Assembly (NCBI GenBank): GCA_013265495.1
Contig: MU057584.1
Span: 474,608 to 538,607, forward strand
Reading direction: 5' to 3'
DNA length: 64,000 nucleotides
Source of the DNA: Vicugna vicugna
Taxonomy: Eukaryota
Shown: piece after piece, positions 1 through 12,689 of the stretch
Layout: the number at the start of each line of letters is the position of its first letter
Numbering within the stretch: the stretch's first letter is position 1
Notes under the pieces: model-generated
What the model saw: only the letters and a program-made list of their open reading frames with translations
Told to the model about the DNA's origin: nothing
The model's database searches: none
Program-made: the position numbers and the translations under genes

Positions 1-3000
1 GAGGATTTTGAGAGGAGCAGGGTCTGACTTAGCTTCTAATGGGACCCCTTGTGCCAACACATGGAGACTGGACCACAAGGGGTTCCAGCCTGGGGACAGT
101 GGAGGCGGGGAGAAGTGATGTACTTTGAAGCTGGAGCAGTGGGGATTGCTGATGGATTGGGTGTTGGGGATAAGAGAGAGGTCAGAAATAAGAGATCAGT
201 CCCCTTCTTTTTGGCTTGGACCACTGGAAGGGTGGCGTTGGTTCCCACCTTGTGGCTGGGCCCTAGGCTCTTGGGCAGTGAGCGCTGAGTGAATGCATGT
301 GTGAGGTGGGAAGCCAGGATATCTGGGAGTCCCCAGGGAGAGCCCTCACTTCTGCCTTCTGGAGGCTCAGGAGCCTTTGCAGAGGTGTCACCTTTGAGCT
401 TCCAGAAGAAGGGGAGGAGAGGAGCCGTGAAGGTGAGGAGAGAGGGACGGGCTGGGAGATGGGAGGCTTGGCATGAGAGGCCTCCTAGGTGGGCTGCATC
501 CAGGGGCCCCAGAGCGGGGGTCCTGTCCCCTCCACCCTCCTCTTCCACCTGCTCACATGCTCACTGCAGCTGGACCACAAGAGCTCTTCTGGAATCGCTG
601 TGTTGTTTCTTCCCCGGGCCCCTCTCTTTCATCTGCCATCCCCACTGCTTGGAATTCTTTCTGATCTTGACATGGCTGAATGAACGCCTCTCAGGACACA
701 CACCACCCTCGCTGAGAGACCTTCCTTGGCTAAAGTGATGTTCGCGTCTCCGTGGTAGCCCTTCCCTCTGAAGTGGTCTCGCTCTTCCTCACCTGCCTCC
801 CACGCTAGGACATCAGCTCTCTGCAGGCAGGGAGTCGTCTGCTTACTCACTACTGTCTGCGCAGCACCTGGAACCATGCTGGGAACAGAGTAGGTGCTCA
901 GAAAATGCTGAGTGATGGTTATAGCGCAAGCTGGTTTCCACCTCCTGCCCTTTATCAGGCCCAAAGCTTATCGTGCGCACTTTGTCTCTCATTCGAGGCA
1001 CTAGGGGTAGAGTGATGAAGAAACAAGTGGTCCTGTAGAAGCTCACAGAATCCTCAGCAGCCCTGTGGGGTTGGTGCTGCCATCACCCCCAACTCATCGA
1101 GGCCCACAGGGACAGGTGCTTCCCCAAGGACATCAGCGAGTCCACCTCCAGAGTTCCGGCTCCTCTAGCACTGGCCCGCGCCCTGCGAACACTCACCAGC
1201 GTCGTCCTTCCATCTTCCCAGCGCTGGCCTCTCCTTCCCTCTTCCCTGGAGCCCAAGGCCACTGGTGACACTCTCGTCTCTCAGTTCTTAACAGGTGTCC
1301 CTTCGTCCCCCCGAGACACTGATCAAAACTACTGGGCCCGGGTCAGTGCTGACCACCTGTAGTCGGTGGCTCCGCCCCCTCTGAGCCTCAGTTTCCTTGT
1401 CTGTCTCTCGGGCACAGTAGCAGTGAGCACATCTTCCTGAGGGAGCAGTGGGAGAGCCCAGCTTCAGCCCCGAGTACGGGGCGAGCTATGCCTAGTTAGG
1501 GTGCACTCCCACCACGGGTCAGGGCTCAGTGTTCCCACAGATGAGGGCAGGGCTCAGGGGTGAAACGGACACAGCTAGGAAGCAGAGGAGCTGAGATTTG
1601 AATCGCAGCCTCTGCCTCACTGAGGAGCCCGTCGTTTCACTTCAGTTCCTTCCCATGGCCTCAGTTCCTCCCCTGGAGCCTCTGCTTCATTCTGAGCACC
1701 TCGCGCACCTGTGCCTGTTCTGGGCTGGGTGGTGCTGGGACCCAAAGCCAGAGAGCCCCTGCCTGCCCTGTAGGTTTCCGGAGACCAGGCTCCTTTTCCA
1801 GGCCAGCTGCACTCTGCCCCTTGCCCGCGGCCTCCTCTTTGCCCACAGATCCCTGACTCACTTCCTGTCCTTCTTGCGGGGTCTTGAGCTCCGTGGTTTC
1901 TCCCTCGCTGCTCCAGACGTTGCAGAATGGCCCCTGGTTGAGAACCACTGGTCTTGACAAAGCTCCTTCCTTGGGGAGCTCCCGGGTCATGGGGGAGCTG
2001 GGTCTGGACGCAAGCAGGAGGGAAAACCAGAGCAGCTTGAGGAGACAGATGCAGGAAGGGCTGGAATGCTCAGGTCTGTGAGGAGCTAAGTGCTGGGCAG
2101 CGAGCTGTAAAGCCCTCGGAGGAAAAACATCCCGGCGCAGAGCAACCATGAGCCAGAGGCCCGGGGAACGTGCTTGGGGCGCAGAGAGAGCGACTCCATA
2201 GGGCACGGGGCAACCAGGAGAGGCTCGGGCCGACTGCAGGAGGCCAGGGCTATGCGGCCGCAGTGGTCCTGTGGTGATGGTAGCTTCAATCCCACGGGGA
2301 GAAAGCAGGCAAATCCAGGAAATGGCTTCAGTGCAAGCATTTACTTTCCCAGACGAAGCAGAGGGACGGGTACACCCAGCCGAAGGGATGGTGTGTGCAT
2401 GGGCTTGAAAGCAGAAGAGAGCTCCACGTGTTCCTGCAGCGTGGCCAGCTGTGTTATGGGATGAGACGATGGCTCTCTCAAAGCTGGGGACCAGCCATAT
2501 GGGGCCTTGCACCTGTTCCGTGAGGAGCCAGGGTCTCCTTGGCAGTGGGGAGCCTGAGCAGGGGGAGAGCGGGGTCAGGTCTGTGCTTGAGCAAGATCCC
2601 TCTGTCTGCTGCGTGCAGGGTTGTTTGGAGAGGGTGAGAGTGGGATCCAGGGAGCAGAGGACGAGGCAGTCCCAGGAGATGGAGGGCGAGTGGGAGAGAA
2701 GTTTGGGGGTCTCTCAGTCCCAGTAGTGACCAGAGACTCTTAAGTTGAAGTCCCTGTGTGAACTCGAGATAGTCAGTTTTCTCTCTCTGGGTCTCGGGTT
2801 CCCTTTTATTGAAGGAGAGGGCGCTCCGGGCCAGAGGTGTGCTGGTGATGGTTTAACAGGCAGCTCCAGGGGTAGGAGTTAGGAGGCAGATCTGTATCAT
2901 CTACTTGTGGGGTGAAGAAACGGACACAGTCACTCGAGCCCTTAGGGATCCGCTCCAGCCCACTCTGACCCCAGCTGCCCCAGAAGACACCACCAGGTCC

Positions 3001-4235
3001 CTGGCCGGGAACCCTCAGCCTCCCTCAGTTCTGCTGGTGGCCGCCCCTTCCCAGGTGTGCCTGCACATGTGAGCGGCCCCTGATGCTGTCTACCCTTCCC
3101 TGTCCTGCTGCCTCCAGCCTGTCCCCAGGCTGTGCCTCTGATCTCTGGGAAGCATATTTACATCTCCTGCTTCCTGTCTCTAGGTTGACACCTCGTGCTC
3201 CTGTCCCCCAGGCTTTGTACCACCCCCCAACTCTGGGCCTGTCCTGTCCCTGCCTGTCCCCACCTTCCTTTCTGCCCTGTATTCCTTCTCACTGAGTGTC
3301 TATCTCTAAGCTTATCTCCAAGCTTATCTCCACTGAGCTCACCTGCTCCATCTTTTCAGGTTAGGAATCTGCATTCCTCCATCCCTCTCCCTTTCTGATC
3401 ATTTTCCTGTCACTACAGAGTTGTCTTTTGTTTTCCTTTTCTCTCTCACTCCCTCTGCATACCCCCTCTCTTCCTCCCTGGTTCTTCCCCTCTGCAGAGG
3501 TCACTCTGTGGTGTCTAGTCTCTGGGGCTTCAGAGACAGACACGAGTGAGTCTCCGTCCTCGGGCTCAAGGAATTAGCGCAGTGATGAAGTCATTTGTTA
3601 GCATACACTCAGGGGGCCTCAGAGCCATCCCTGGCTGCCGAGGAACAGAGGAAGTAGACCTCAGCAGGGCCCATCCTCGTGATTGCTGGGTGCTGGCTGT
3701 GTAGATACTGCTCCTGCTTCCAGCCCTGAGCTCTTCCTCACAACCTTGCCAGGTGGTCCTTGCCAGGAGTGATGCCAGAGGCCTGAGGTACCTCCACCAG
3801 CACGTGGTGGGGCTGGGATCTGAACGCAGGCTTTCTGGCCCCCCGAGGTGTGCTCTTACCAACCGTACCCTCTTACTTCTCCTGGCGGGAGAGCAGTTCA
3901 GAGCCTGGGCTTGGGAGGTGGAGAGGCCTGGAGTCTGCCCCTGACCCATTTTGTGACCTTGTGGGAGTGACTTAAATCTTTCAGCGTCTGTAGCCTCCTC
4001 CGTAAACGGAGGCAAATGAATGCAGAGTAGTTGAGGTCCCATGGGGCCTGGGAGGCTGACCTCAGAGTCCTGTGAACCACTTGAGCAAGGAGCCTGCTTG
4101 GGAGGCCTGAGGCAGCCCTGAGCCTCCGGCAGGGGCAAGCCTAGAAGGCTGCCTGGAGCAGGAGTCTAGCCTGGCACTGTGACAAGGCGGAAACTAACCA
4201 ACAAACCAAGTGTTAACTTAATGTCTTCCCTGCAG

Positions 4236-5969
4236 GAATCCTCGTGGCCCACTACCTCCAGAGCATCACGCCATGTCTGGCCCTGGGCGGAGAGCTGGTC
4301 TACCACCGGCGGCCCGGGGAGGAGGGCACTGTTATGTCACTAGCTGGGAAATATACATGTGAGCCTGGGGGCCCTGGTCACCTGGGTCTGAAGGAGGAGG
4401 GGGCTAGGGGCCTGGACTCCTGGGTCTGAGGGAGGTGGGGGAGAACCTAGGTTCCCAGATGCCCAAGCCCCCTTGGTAACCTGCCCCACCCCCCGCCTTG
4501 CTCTCTTACAGTGAACAACTGGGTGGCAACAGTAACGTTGGGTCAGGCGGGCATGCACGCCACGTACTACCACAAAGCCAGCGACCAGGTGAGCTAGTCC
4601 GGGGACTGGCTATCGGGGTATGCTTGCCAGGCACGGGGTGCTGGGGGCTCCTGTGCCTGAGACCCACCCAGGAGGCTGACTCGCCCGTGTTGTCCTGGCC
4701 TCTCCAGCTACAGGTGGGTGTGGAGTTCGAAGCCAGCACAAGGATGCAGGACACAAGTGTCTCCTTCGGGTACCAGTTGGACCTGCCCAAGGCCAACCTC
4801 CTCTTCAAAGGTACAGGCCCCCATTTCCTTACTTGGGAAACAACAGGTGACTCAGCTCTGAGGGGGTGTCTAGACCAGGGGAGATGGTAAAGGGCATCAT
4901 GCCGGGCCCCCAAATTACCCAGGGAGGGTAGGTGCCTGGGCCCCGAGCTTTGTATCTACCACCCTCCCTCCTCACCCTGCCAGTGGCCCTCTCCCAGTCT
5001 GCACACCGGGCCCCTTCTCTCTTTTTATCATGAGTGGAAGGCAACTTGGAGCACAGCCAGCCCACCCCGTATCTCCCATTTGGGAGGCTGCACAGCCTCA
5101 GCTAGATCCAGAACCTTCCCCCAGGCTCACCGACTCTAGTCTCGTTTCTTCTTGGACCTCAGTGCTTCTCAGGCTTGGGGTGTGTGGAGATTGCCCCAGT
5201 AAGGCAGCTTCAGTCGGCCTGGGCCAGGGCTTCTCAAGGCAGCGAGGAGGCCCAGTGAAGGGTTTGGGGTTTTTTTTGTTTTTGCCTCTGAAGCCTGCCT
5301 CCCCTGCTTGCCCCTCGAGCCCTCGCTCTGCAGGCAGTAGCCCGCTGTCAGAGGCTGGGTTTGGGTTGCGGCTCTGCTCTCCTCAACTCCTGGTCAGTGA
5401 GTCCTCCCTCCCCACCGTGCGGGAATGGCACCAGGTTCTTGCACACCTGTCAGGTTCTGGCACACAAGCCCTAGAGGAGAGTTCAGTCTTTCATTCAGCA
5501 GATACTCAGCCTTGTGTACCCAGTCCTGTGTCGAGGGGGCTGGGGACACAGCAGTCACCAGGCCCTGTCCCCCCCCCATCCCCGAGAGCTAACAGTGGGA
5601 GGGACAGACCCATCCCCAGAGAGCCGCAGCAACCTGGTATGAACAGCACTAGAGTGGATGCTGGGGGGGCTCTCCAGAGGTGGGGTGTCACTAAGCTCAG
5701 AGCTGAAATTCTTGGGGTGCATTGAGGGGCTTCAGGATGATGGGGACCACATGGACAGCAGTCTGGGGCAGCTCCTGGGGACAGAGCAAGAAGCCAGCAC
5801 GTGGCTCTTACACAGCTATCTGCCGGCAGGCTCCGTGGACAGCAACTGGATCGTGGGTGCCACGCTGGAGAAGAAGCTCCCACCCCTGCCCCTGACATTG
5901 GCCCTCGGGGCCTTCCTGAATCACCGAAAGAACAAGTTCCAGTGCGGCTTCGGCCTCACCATTGGCTGA
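4236..5969 (+). CDS. TOMM40: Mitochondrial outer membrane translocase TOM40, 3' part. Last four coding exons: 4236-4358, 4512-4588, 4708-4810, 5830-5969. The 5' exons lie upstream of the window.
   Basis: Spliced translation [147 protein letters not shown]. All introns are GT-AG with consistent phases (123/77/103 nt exons). Lies directly upstream of APOE. Confidence 0.97.
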
Positions 5970-7861
5970 GCCCCTCCTGGCCCCCGCCTTCCACGCCCTT
6001 TCTCCTTCAGATCCCACCTCCCCCTCCCCCTGCCATGGAGGGGAGACCTGAGTTCCCCTCCCCCTCCCTTCCCTCCCTCCTCGGGGGTCAGGGGGACAGC
6101 GGAAAGGAGGGGACCCATCACCCCAGCAGCTAAGGGGGGATTCTGGAACCACGGGCGCTTCAGGGTTCAGAGTACCAGGGGCAGCATGCCCCGCAGGCCT
6201 GGAGGTCCAGGAAGGGATTCTGGAATCGAGGGGCACACGGGATTCTGAGCACCATGGGGCAGAGGCAGCCAGACAACCTCAGGGAGGTGTTGGGGTGTTC
6301 CCATCCCCCAAAGGGCCCTGGGCCCAGCCCCAAGGGGGCAGCAAGCAGAGGAGCTTCCCACCCCCAGTTAGCCTGCCCTGCCCACTTTCCCGCCCACCCT
6401 GCATATAAATCATGTTTATAAGTTATGGAAGAACTGGGACATTTTACAGAAAAAAAAAAAACAACAAAAAATATACATGAAAAAAACCCAAGTGAAATGG
6501 GAGGCCTCTGTTTTCCTATGCGTGATGTGTCTGTGGCCCCGTTTGGCCTATTCCATCTACCTGACCTCCCCACAGTGGCCGGCAGGGGGGCACAGACCGC
6601 AAGGGAGTCAAGTCTGGTCATTGGCCAGAGCCCAGCCCAGCACGGGGAAGGGCCTGGCCCAGGGTCACACAGCCTCCTTGTGACTTTCCCAGCCGCCGGG
6701 GACATCACAGGCTTCCCTTCCCAGGAGGGCGTTGTCCTGTGGTCACTCACCTCAGCTTGGCCTGGCCAGCGTGGCTGCAGAGGACTTTGTCCCTAAGAAC
6801 TAAAGCAACAGGGATGAGGCTGTCTCTGGGTGCAGGGGTGGGGGCAGAGGGCTGGGACTCCAAGATTTTTCCAGGTTCCAAAGAAGGCAAAGGATGAAGG
6901 TGTGTGAAGACTAACAGGAAGATCAGAGCTTTTGAAAAGGTTCATGAAGTATTCAAGCACCTGGAAGGGCTTCAGAATCAGTTACTACCCTTGGGAAAAG
7001 GGCGTGGGCTTCTAGCCCCTGGTGGGGAGGGAGGGGGCTGGAGTCTGATTCACTGGTGGGGACAGGGGGTGCTGGAAGCAAGGGAGGCAAGCTGACACCC
7101 CTGACCCCACTCCAGACAGAGGAACTGAAACCCTGGCATGCACTGTCTGGGGAGGGAGGCCACTGACCAGTGATGACCCCTCACGGCTCAGAGAAGCCAC
7201 CCAACCCATTCCCTGCCAGGGCCTTCCGAGGCCAAAGCAAACAGGCCCTGGCCTGTCTGGCACGGGGGCTCCCTTCCTGAGACCAGCCTCAGACGCCACA
7301 GTATCCAATGTCCCCACACCCTCAGAAGCAAGCTCCTCCATTTCTTACTGGCTTCACTATCCACCTCAATTCCAAATCAGGGGTTTCTCATCTGTGAAAC
7401 AGCTGGGGTGCATGTAACGGCTGCTGGGGAGCGGACAGTGACACTGTGGCCCACCACAGCAGTGACGGTTCTCAGTACTTGACATATACCAAATGATTCA
7501 CCAAACAATAAGGCAACTATCCGTTTTCTGGACCAAGAAACTGGACGTTCAGAGAGGCTGTCATTTGCTCATGGTCACACAGCTGGCGACCAGCAGAGTC
7601 GCCTGGATTCAGGCCAGGACATTTTGGTTCCAGAGTCAACATGAATGCTCCAAGCCCTGGGGGATGGCACAATATGCAGGTGGCTCCTGGAATCCACAAA
7701 GCCTCTGTTAAAATGCTAGATTTTCATTTCACAAATGGGGAAAAGGGCTCAGAGAGGTACTTACGTGTGCCCAAAGTCACAGAGAGTGAGGGTTAAAAAC
7801 CGGGTTTCACTCAAAGCCTAGGCTTTTAGCAGATGCTACACTGTCCCCACACCTCCCATCC

Positions 7862-8012
7862 CTTTTCTCTTTTTTCTTTTTTTTTTTGGAGGAGGTAATT
7901 AGGCTTATCTGTTTTGTTTTGTTTTGTTTTTTGGAGGCGGTACTGGGGATTGAACCCAGGACCCTGTGCATGCTATGCATGCACTCTACCACTTGCGCTA
8001 TAAGCACCCCCC
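7862..8012 (-). mobile_element. tRNA(Ala)-derived SINE (camelid Vic-1 type)
   Basis: Reverse complement has a TAGCGCAAGTGGTAGAGTGCATGCATAGCATGCACAGGGTCCTGGGTTCAATCCCCAGTACC head with A and B boxes, plus an A-rich tail. Confidence 0.8.
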
Positions 8013-8384
8013 CACCTCGACCTCCCATCCCATTTCTGCCTGGGCCTCCATCTCCCTTCTGCCTCAACCCAGAAATCCAAGACCCCAGCCGCCTGCTTCC
8101 AATGACCCAGGATCTCACGCCCCCAGCCCTTCCCCCAAATTCTATTCAACCAACTGCTGGAAAAGAGAGGAGTGGGGAATGGGTGTTCCGGGCAGCTGCC
8201 TAAGCCTTTCCCTTCCACATCCCCCCCTAACATCCCCCCCAACCCACCCACCAGAATGGAGGAAGGCGCCTGAGTTTCTGGGTGAGAGGTCACCTCCATT
8301 CATGGGGCTGGGAGTGGGGGGGATGATAGGGCTTCCAAGCCCCACCTCTCTCCTCCTCCCTGCCTTGTTTGAAGGGGGAGGACA

Positions 8385-8535
8385 GCCCACCTCGTGACCT
8401 GACGGGGGCTGGCCCAGCTCGCCCCAGCTCTGGAAGAGTGGGCGGGGCAGGAGGAGCCTTATAATTGGATGAATCTGGGATCCCTGAGTCCTGCTCAGCC
8501 CAGGAGGCGCGAAGGACACCGTTCCCCGGGAGCTG
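8385..8535 (+). promoter_or_regulatory. APOE: APOE proximal promoter and non-coding exon 1
   Basis: GC box GGGCGGGG at ~8440 and TATAAT at 8460-8465. The following sequence resembles human APOE exon 1 (recalled) and ends at donor GTGAGA at 8536. Confidence 0.85.
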
Positions 8536-9347
8536 GTGAGAAGCAGAGTTGGGGACACAGAGCCCAGTTCAGGGCTTCTGTGAGAGTTGGGCTGCGGGGG
8601 AGGAGGTGACCGTCCAACGTCCTACGCCTGGGCCAGGACAGAAGCAGGATGAGGCCAGAGACGGGACTGGACCTAGAAGAAGGGTGGGCAGCAGGGGCAT
8701 CCTGAATTGCCTGGAAGGTGTGGTTGGGGGAGCAGCTGGACCTGTAGGAAAAACTAAGTGAGCCGTTGCAAGAGCCACGAATTGTCATTGTCATTTATTG
8801 AGCACCTCCTGGGTGCCCCCATCGTCCTAATATCTCTTGTTAATGGGAGGCACGGGGTGAGGATAGGGAGTAACAGGATGGCCACCAGGATGGTGGCCGG
8901 GTTACTAGAGCATCGGTTGAAGGGCTTTTAAATGAGGATTAAATTAGCGAATATGTGGAAGGCAGTGTATAGATGTGAAGTTGGAGGTTAGAATGTGAAG
9001 GCACAACGAGGAATGCGAGGTTGGAACGCCCAGGTGGAGCTCCCATGGAACTCCGGGATGGAGGGGAGGGCGGGGTGAGTGGAATTTGAACTTTGGGAGA
9101 GGGCCTGGAATTTTGGCGGCGGCAGACCTGGGGATGAGGAGATAGGACAAGACAATTAGGGAATTAAATAGACAATGAAGGCGCCGCTTGGTAAACATTT
9201 GTGATAGGATTAGGCTGATGCAGATGCTGGGGTCCAAGGCTTTGAAGGCCGTGACCGGATGGGGCGGGGCTCTAGGTGGGAGGAGCCCGCACTGCCGTTG
9301 AGTGACAATTTCTCCCTCCCCTAGGTTGGCCAATCTCAAGCCAGAAG

Positions 9348-11073
9348 ATGAAGGCTCTGTGGGTTGCGTTGGTGGTCACGCTCCTGGCCGGTATGAGGGC
9401 GGAGCTTGCTCTGGTTCCCTGCCCCCGCCCCCTTCCATCCTCCGCTGCACCCCTTGCCCTCCTTCCATCCCTGGGTCCCCTCTTCTGCTGGTCTATCTTC
9501 TCAGGTCTGAGGCCTCTCTGACATTCACTGGCTCTGAGCAGCTGTTTTACTAACTCTGAGCCACAGTTTCCCAATCCTTAAAATGGGAGTTATAACAGTT
9601 TCTAATGCATCGTTGTCAGTCAGGTAGTGAGCACTAGGTAAGTGTCAGCTGTGATTAGTTTTATTCTCCGTCACCCCAGCATGGCCCTGCATGGAGAACA
9701 GGACAATCAATGCTGGTCAAGTGATTAAATGTGCTGGATGTCCCTCCACCCCCGTCTCTGCTCACCAGCTCTCTAAAGAAGCCCACCAGCACTGGTTGAG
9801 CACCTACTCTGTACCAGGTACTGTGTGCCTGCAGTGGGCAGAGGACCCTGACAGCCATGAACTTGCTCCCGTGCAGGATGCCGGGCGGAGGTGGAGCCGG
9901 AGCCAGACGTGCAGCTGGGGCAGGAGCAGCCCGAATGGCAGGGCAGCCAGCCCTGGGAGCTGGCTCTGGGTCGTCTCTGGGATTACCTGCGCTGGGTGCA
10001 GACGCTGTCTGACCAGGTGCAGGAGGAGCTGCTCAGCACCCAGATCACCCAGGAACTGACGTGAGTGTCCCTGTCCTGGCCCCTGATCCTCCTGGCAGGC
10101 AGTGCCTTCTGGACCTTCAGCCTCTACTGGTCTGGGTTTCTTTTTGTCCCCCGGCGCCGATTCCTGGGGGTCTGGGTCTCTGTTCATTTCTTGCTTTCTT
10201 TCCATTTTGAGCTCCTGGCTTCACCTCTCTCCGATTCTGTTTCTCGGCGCTTCCTGTCTCTGGAATATTACTCTCCTGGTCCTCCATCCTTCTAGCCCAA
10301 GATCCCTATTTCTCTCTCTCCATGCCCACGCTCCCGCCCTCTCGGCCCCCAGGGCGCTGATGGAGGAGACCATGAAGGAGGTGAAAGCCTACAAGGCGGA
10401 GCTGGAGGAGCAGCTGAGCCCTGTGGCCCAGTAAACCCGGGCCCGCCTGTCCAAGGAGCTGCAGGCGGCGCAGGCCCGGCTGGGCACAGACATGGAGGAC
10501 TTGCGCAGCCGCCTGGCGCATTACCGCAACGAGGTGCAGGCCATGCTGGGCCAGACCACCGACGAGCTGCGGAACCGCCTGGCCTCCCACCTGCGGAAGC
10601 TGCGGAAGCGGCTGCTCCGCGACGCCGAGGACCTGCAGAAACGCCTGGCCGTGTACCGGGCCGGGGCCGTCGAGGGCGCCGAGCACAGCGTGAGCGCCCT
10701 CCGCGAGCGCCTCGTGCCCCTGGTGGAGCAGGGCCGACTGGGGACCGCCACCACGAGCACCCTTGGCAGCCAGCCACTGCGGGAGCGCGCTGAGGCCTGG
10801 GGCCAGAAGCTGCGCGGGCGGCTGGAGGCGGTGGGCACCCGGGCCCAGGACCGCCTGGACAAGATGCGCGAGCAGTTGGAGGAGGTGCGCGCGAAGGTGG
10901 AGGAGCAGGCCAGCCAGATGCGCCTGCAGGCCGAGACCTTCCAGGCCCGCCTCAAGGGCTGGTTCCAGCCCCTGGTGGAAGACCTGCAGCGCCAGTGGGC
11001 CGGGCTGGTGGAGAAGGTGCAACAGTTGGCTGTGGGCACCACCCCCACACCTGCAGCCAGCAAGAATCAATGA
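9348..11073 (+). CDS. APOE: Apolipoprotein E, coding exons 9348-9390, 9877-10060, 10353-11073. Reading frame of 315 codons interrupted by an in-frame TAA at 10432-10434 (codon 103).
   Basis: Signal peptide [18 protein letters not shown]; exon 3 has [27 protein letters not shown]; exon 4 has [50 protein letters not shown]...[23 protein letters not shown]...[26 protein letters not shown]. Canonical splice sites; AATAAA at 11188-11193. Confidence 0.97.
10340..11010. other. CpG-rich island over APOE exon 4
   Basis: CpG density is visibly high compared with the flanking introns; human APOE exon 4 is known to carry a 3' CpG island. Confidence 0.7.
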
Positions 11074-12689
11074 GTGCCCGGGCATCCGCCTGGGGCGCCC
11101 CACTACTGCCCAGGTGCCCCCTGCCTCCCTCCAGCCTGCGGGAGGCCCTGTCCCTGACCCAGCTGTCCTCCTGGTGGGCCCTAGCTTAATAAAGAGTTCA
11201 TCAAGCTTCACCGCAGCTGCTGGGTGTTCCTGTGTGATTTCTCACAGCTCACGCCTGTTTCTCTTTCCTTCCCTACTCTGGCCACACAGCTGTCCTGTTC
11301 CCTCGGCCTGTGTGTGTCTGTTTGTCTCTTTCTAACTGTCTTGACTTCCTTCTGTCCCTTTCTGAGTCTTTCCCTTTTTTCTCCATCTCCACTCGTTCTC
11401 CTCCCGGCCTCTCTGGCCATTCTGCCTCCAAAACAGGACTCTGGAAGAATTCCACCCGTGGGTTAAATCCCGCGGTTGCCCCTGACTACTGTGGGCCAAA
11501 AAAGCAAGCTCTGTGAGCCTCCGTTTGCCCAGCTTCACCATACCGGCTTCATTGCCTCATGACTCAAAAGACCTGAGACCACCACCATTATCATTAAACT
11601 GTTTTTATTGCCGCTTCCCCACCCCCTTTCTCCCTCTCTTATCTGATTCTTGGTCTCCTTCCCTCTCCTGGCCTTGGTCTCAGTCCTGCTCTCCCCGAGA
11701 GGCTTCATTTTCTGGCTTCCTCTTTTCTTCCATCTCTGTCTTTTATCTCTCCCTCCACTGGTTTCTCTTGCCCCTGGCCATGCTTGGTGGTTTTGTTTGT
11801 TTCTTTTTCCCTTCTTTGTCTGGGTTTGCCCTCAGCCACCATCTTGTGGCATGTGGGCCCTGGGCCTGTCTCCCTCCCTCTGGATTAGTGAGTCCCTTCA
11901 CTCTGAGCTCTGCTTTCTAGTCCCCCACCCTCATTCTCATTCCTCTGCTCCTCGAGCTGGGTCATTGGCCTCTGGTCGACACTGACAAGCCTGCTGGGTG
12001 CTGGGAGCAGGCCAGGGAGGGAGGCATGCCCTGTGAGGGTCTGCAGCTGGGCCGTTGGTGTTCAGGGCGGGGCCATGTGGTAGGGAGTTGACATTCAGAG
12101 AAGCCTGGCTGGAGCCTGGAGATACCTGTGCTCTCCCCTCCCATGCCCTCCCCCTTGGTTCTCAGAGGAGGGGAGCGGGGTTCCCTCCACCAGGGACAGG
12201 CCGGAACTTGTGTCTGCAGGGCTGCCTCTGCCTGCTTTGGTTCCAGCACTCTGCCCTTCCAGCTTTCCCTGGCACTGCTTTGCTTGCCCTTGTGGAATCA
12301 GACTCCCTCCCCCTGCTCCACCAGATGAGTCACCCTTGGGGCTGAGTGAGGAGGGGAAGTATCTGTGGGCTCAGAGGCAGGGGCCTAGTCCCACCTGGGC
12401 TTCTGCTGACTCACTGTGTGCCCAGGAGCGAGGGCTGAGCCCTCTGAGCCTGCTTCCCCAGATGTCCATGGGGGCGGAGACGTCCACCATCTCTCCCACT
12501 GGAAGAGCTGAATCTTGAATTCTGTATGAACAGAGGCTGGCAGAGGGTGCTGTGGGGTGAAGGCTGACTCCAAAGGGATTCAGAGAGACAGCCTAAAGTC
12601 TAAGAAAGGGAGGGAGAAGATGAGGGAGAAGGAAGGAGAGGACACTTAACCTCTCACTGAGCCATCGAATGTTCTAATCTGCACCTCTG

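Noticed and set aside
3308..3332. AAGCTTATCTCC direct duplication and similar micro-duplications (~13815-13845, ~15542-15570)
   Set aside because: Ordinary slippage duplications; no repeat-spacer organisation, so no CRISPR-like or other array.
1..4235. ORFs up to 283 aa in the first 4 kb; also looked for a TOMM40 '523'-like poly-T
   Set aside because: This is TOMM40 intron sequence, and the ORFs have low-complexity GC-driven composition. No long poly-T tract is present in the visible part.
10432..10440. Programmed readthrough, selenocysteine or RNA-editing rescue of the APOE stop
   Set aside because: The codon is TAA followed by A, not TGA or TGA-CTAG. No SECIS-like element is evident in the short 3' UTR, and editing UAA to a Trp codon would need two events.
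10492..11073. 193-aa [11 protein letters not shown]... as a standalone gene
   Set aside because: It is the part of APOE exon 4 after the premature TAA; it has no signal peptide or promoter of its own.
10306..11211. 301-aa antisense ORF (and others) overlapping APOE exon 4
   Set aside because: Shadow ORF caused by strong GC3 codon bias of the sense strand; no recognisable protein, promoter or splice context.
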